A stretch of DNA of 64,000 nucleotides from Candidatus Nanopelagicales bacterium (GTDB taxonomy: Bacteria; Actinomycetota; Actinomycetes; S36-B12), in the NCBI GenBank assembly GCA_040399625.1, contig JBBARV010000002.1:13432-77431 (forward strand), written 5' to 3'. This document shows positions 61,123-64,000 of this stretch, piece by piece. The notes under the pieces are model-generated. The model saw only the letters and a program-made list of their open reading frames with translations, had not been told where the DNA came from and did not search any database. Each line of letters starts with the position of its first letter. Within the stretch, counting starts at the first letter, position 1. Made by a program: the position numbers and the translations under genes.

Positions 61123-64000
61123 ATGTACAAAGTGGTTCCACCCACGGTGAACCTTCCGGATCTGGAGCATGAAATCCTCGATTTGTGGCAAACTGAGGCC
61201 ACTTTCGCGTCCTCCATGACCCAAAGCGAAGGACGCCCGGCGTGGACGTTCTATGAAGGGCCACCCACCGCCAATGGGGCGCCGGGGACCCACCATATTG
61301 AGGCGAGAGCCTTCAAGGACATTTTTCCTCGTTACCGGACCATGAAGGGGTACCACGTAGTCCGCCAGGCTGGTTGGGACTGCCACGGTCTTCCCGTTGA
61401 ACTCGCTGTCGAAAAGGAGCTCGGCTTTTCCGGTAAGAAAGATATCGAGAATTACGGTGTGGCCGAATTCAATGCCAAATGCCGCGAATCGGTCCTTCGA
61501 CACGTTGATGCCTTCACTGAACTGACTACCCGCATGGGCTACTGGGTTGATATGGACCGCGCTTACTGGACCATGGATTCCAATTACATCCAAAGCGTTT
61601 GGTGGTCGCTAAAGCAAATATTCAATGCTGGGCTCCTCGTTCAAGACCACCGGGTCTCCCCGTATTGCCCACGTTGCGGAACCGGATTGAGTGACCACGA
61701 ATTAGCCCAAGGCTACGAAGATGTGAGTGACCCTTCGGTTTATGTTCGTTTCCCAGTGAAGTTGGGCGCTCTGGCCGAGAAGTATCCGGATCTGTCTCTG
61801 CTTGTATGGACCACGACTCCGTGGACCTTGGTATCAAATACGGCCGTTGCAGTTAAACCAACAGCAACCTATTGCGTTCTGGCGAGCGCTGACCAGCACT
61901 ACATAGTGGCGCAAGACTTGGTTGAAAACTTATTCGGTTCACCAATGGATGAAGACGGATCAGTCCGCTACCAGGTAAAAGAAAATTTTCCCGGTACGCA
62001 GTTAGAACACACGGCATACGTTCGACCATTTGACTTAATTGATATTCCGGACTCCCATTTTGTGATTCTTGCTGACTACGTCACAACCGCAGATGGCACC
62101 GGGTTGGTGCACCAGGCTCCAGCTTTTGGCGCAGATGACTTAATCAGTTGTCGTGCTTACGGGTTACCAGTGGTCAACCCGATCGCACCCGATGGAACTT
62201 TCCTGCCGGAGACACCTCTTGTTGGTGGTCAATTCTTCAAAAAAGCTGATGCAGCCCTCACTGATAACTTGCGTGAACGTGGACTCCTGTTTCTCGAGGA
62301 ACCGTATGAGCATTCGTATCCGCACTGCTGGAGGTGCCACACTCCGCTCATCTATTACGCACAACCCTCGTGGTACATCAGGACAACCGCGATCAAAGAC
62401 CGACTGATGTCCGAAAATGAGAAGACCCAGTGGTACCCCGACACGATTAAGTGGGGACGGTACGGCGATTGGCTCACAAACAATGTCGACTGGGCGCTTT
62501 CACGTAACCGCTACTGGGGCACTCCCCTCCCCATTTGGCGATGCGAGAACGAGCATCTCACCGTTGTTGAGTCCCTCACCGAATTGGGTGAACTTGCCGG
62601 ACAAGAAATTTCCGATCTTGACCCGCATCGCCCCTTCATCGACGACATTACAATTCCGTGCCCACATTGTGACGCAACCGCCCATCGAGTTCCTGAAGTC
62701 ATTGACTGCTGGTACGACTCCGGAGCAATGCCATTTGCCGCCCAGTGGTACCCGCAGCACAATAAAGAGGACTTTGCCGCCCAGTACCCGGCTGATTTCG
62801 TATGTGAGGCTATTGACCAAACCCGCGGTTGGTTCTACACCCTGATGGCAATTGGAACCCTGGTGTTTGACGAGTCTTCATTTAAAAATGTTGTGTGTCT
62901 CGGGCACATTCTTGATGAAGATGGCCGCAAGATGAGTAAGCACCTGGGTAATGTTCTTGAACCTATCCCCCTCATGGATCAGCATGGGGCCGACGCCGTG
63001 CGCTGGTTCATGCTGGCGAGCGGCTCGCCATGGCAGTCACGCCGCGTCGGTCATACGGCGATAGCTGACATTGTGCGAAAAAATTTACTCACCTACTGGA
63101 ACACGGTTTCCTTTCTTTCACTGTATGCGCGAAGTGCTCCTTGGTCTCCGGCCGACGGAGCTCCGCCAGTTGATCAACGCCCGATCATGGATCGCTGGCT
63201 GTTAACCCAAGCCCATTCCCTCAGCGCACAGGTTGATAGCGCACTCGAGAATTTCGATACCCAGCTGGGCGGTCGCCTGATCACCGAATTCATCGATGAC
63301 CTTTCCAACTGGTATGTACGTCGAACCCGCAGGCGATTCTGGGATGGAGACCCAGCCGCACTTGCAACATTGCATGAAGCGCTGCAGATTGTCACCCTTT
63401 GCATGGCCCCCTACACGCCTTTCATTACCGAACGGGTGTGGCAGGACCTTTTCCGCGGAACACACCCAGAACTACCCAACTCAGTTCACCTCGCCAGTTG
63501 GCCGAGCGAGTCACAGATTGATTCCCAATTGCAGTCCCACATGGAACTTGCCCGCCGAGTCACTGAACTTGGACGTTCAGCACGCGCCACCAGCTCGGTC
63601 AAAACCCGCCAGCCACTGGGTCGTGCACTCATCAGTGCACCCGGCTGGAGTGAACTCCCCGCTGAACTGGTCGCTGAAGTGGCTGAAGAACTCAATGTGC
63701 GTGAACTCCTCACCCTCGATGTATCTGATAGTGACCTTGTCAACATTTCACTAAAGCCCAACTTTCGATCCCTTGGCGCCCGATTTGGCAAGCAAACCCC
63801 CTTGGTGGCAGAACACATTTCACGCCAGGACGCAACGAGCTTGGTAAATGCTTTGCGAAATGACGGGAAAGTTGAGTACAAAATTGACGGAGTTGACGGG
63901 ACTTCAGTAATTGAACTCACAGACCTCGTCATTACCGAAACGCCCGTTGAAGGTTGGGCTGTTGCTGCCGATGCAGGTGAAAGTTTTGCACTTGACCTGG
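61123..64000 (+). CDS. ileS: Isoleucine--tRNA ligase, type 2 (3' end outside window)
   Basis: Not in ORF track (no stop in window). Manual translation gives MYKVVP...FYEGPPTANGAPGTHHIEAR...GWDCHGLPVE...WTTTPWT...GTGLVHQAPAFG...GRKMSKHLGN. Confidence 0.97.
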   Translation, partial: MYKVVPPTVNLPDLEHEILDLWQTEATFASSMTQSEGRPAWTFYEGPPTANGAPGTHHIEARAFKDIFPRYRTMKGYHVVRQAGWDCHGLPVELAVEKELGFSGKKDIENYGVAEFNAKCRESVLRHVDAFTELTTRMGYWVDMDRAYWTMDSNYIQSVWWSLKQIFNAGLLVQDHRVSPYCPRCGTGLSDHELAQGYEDVSDPSVYVRFPVKLGALAEKYPDLSLLVWTTTPWTLVSNTAVAVKPTATYCVLASADQHYIVAQDLVENLFGSPMDEDGSVRYQVKENFPGTQLEHTAYVRPFDLIDIPDSHFVILADYVTTADGTGLVHQAPAFGADDLISCRAYGLPVVNPIAPDGTFLPETPLVGGQFFKKADAALTDNLRERGLLFLEEPYEHSYPHCWRCHTPLIYYAQPSWYIRTTAIKDRLMSENEKTQWYPDTIKWGRYGDWLTNNVDWALSRNRYWGTPLPIWRCENEHLTVVESLTELGELAGQEISDLDPHRPFIDDITIPCPHCDATAHRVPEVIDCWYDSGAMPFAAQWYPQHNKEDFAAQYPADFVCEAIDQTRGWFYTLMAIGTLVFDESSFKNVVCLGHILDEDGRKMSKHLGNVLEPIPLMDQHGADAVRWFMLASGSPWQSRRVGHTAIADIVRKNLLTYWNTVSFLSLYARSAPWSPADGAPPVDQRPIMDRWLLTQAHSLSAQVDSALENFDTQLGGRLITEFIDDLSNWYVRRTRRRFWDGDPAALATLHEALQIVTLCMAPYTPFITERVWQDLFRGTHPELPNSVHLASWPSESQIDSQLQSHMELARRVTELGRSARATSSVKTRQPLGRALISAPGWSELPAELVAEVAEELNVRELLTLDVSDSDLVNISLKPNFRSLGARFGKQTPLVAEHISRQDATSLVNALRNDGKVEYKIDGVDGTSVIELTDLVITETPVEGWAVAADAGESFALDL

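Noticed and set aside
61087-63932. Several 66-168 aa ORFs listed in the last 3 kb
   Set aside because: All are off-frame or antisense to the continuous ileS frame that starts at 61123.

Overview
Very gene-dense housekeeping region of an actinobacterial chromosome. GC is roughly 50-55% by eye, low for the phylum; a streamlined lineage is an inference. Almost all genes are on the minus strand. In transcription order (high to low coordinates): ddbA-like dksA, lspA, rluD, dnaE, membrane protein, [ybaK and Lon-N protein on +], hisD-C-B-H-priA(hisA)-F-I, trpE, two small membrane proteins, an OmpR-family two-component system, trpC-B-A, dsbA, lgt, gltB-D, pyk, pyrR-B-C-X-carA-B-pyrK-D-F, gmk, rpoZ, coaBC, metK, priA(N'), def, fmt, rsmB, rpe, ribD-E-H, hisE-G, [MFS on +], sseB, [DUF1844 on +], infC-rpmI-rplT-trmH, an uncharacterised Fe(II)/2OG-oxygenase-like gene, cysD, cysNC and the 5' end of pheS. 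A type-2 ileS (+) runs off the right edge. Neither pheS nor ileS is in the ORF track. I saw no rRNA, tRNA, CRISPR array, IS element or prophage. The best candidate for an undescribed system is the oxygenase-cysD-cysNC (PAPS-generating) cassette wedged into the infC-rplT-trmH-pheS operon. Other points: a structured gltB 5' leader; mihF and ribBA missing from their usual loci; a GXHH-type IleRS; a two-component system inside the trp cluster; and many apparent leaderless -10/start arrangements, including overlapping divergent promoters. All family assignments are by motif recognition, with no database searches.
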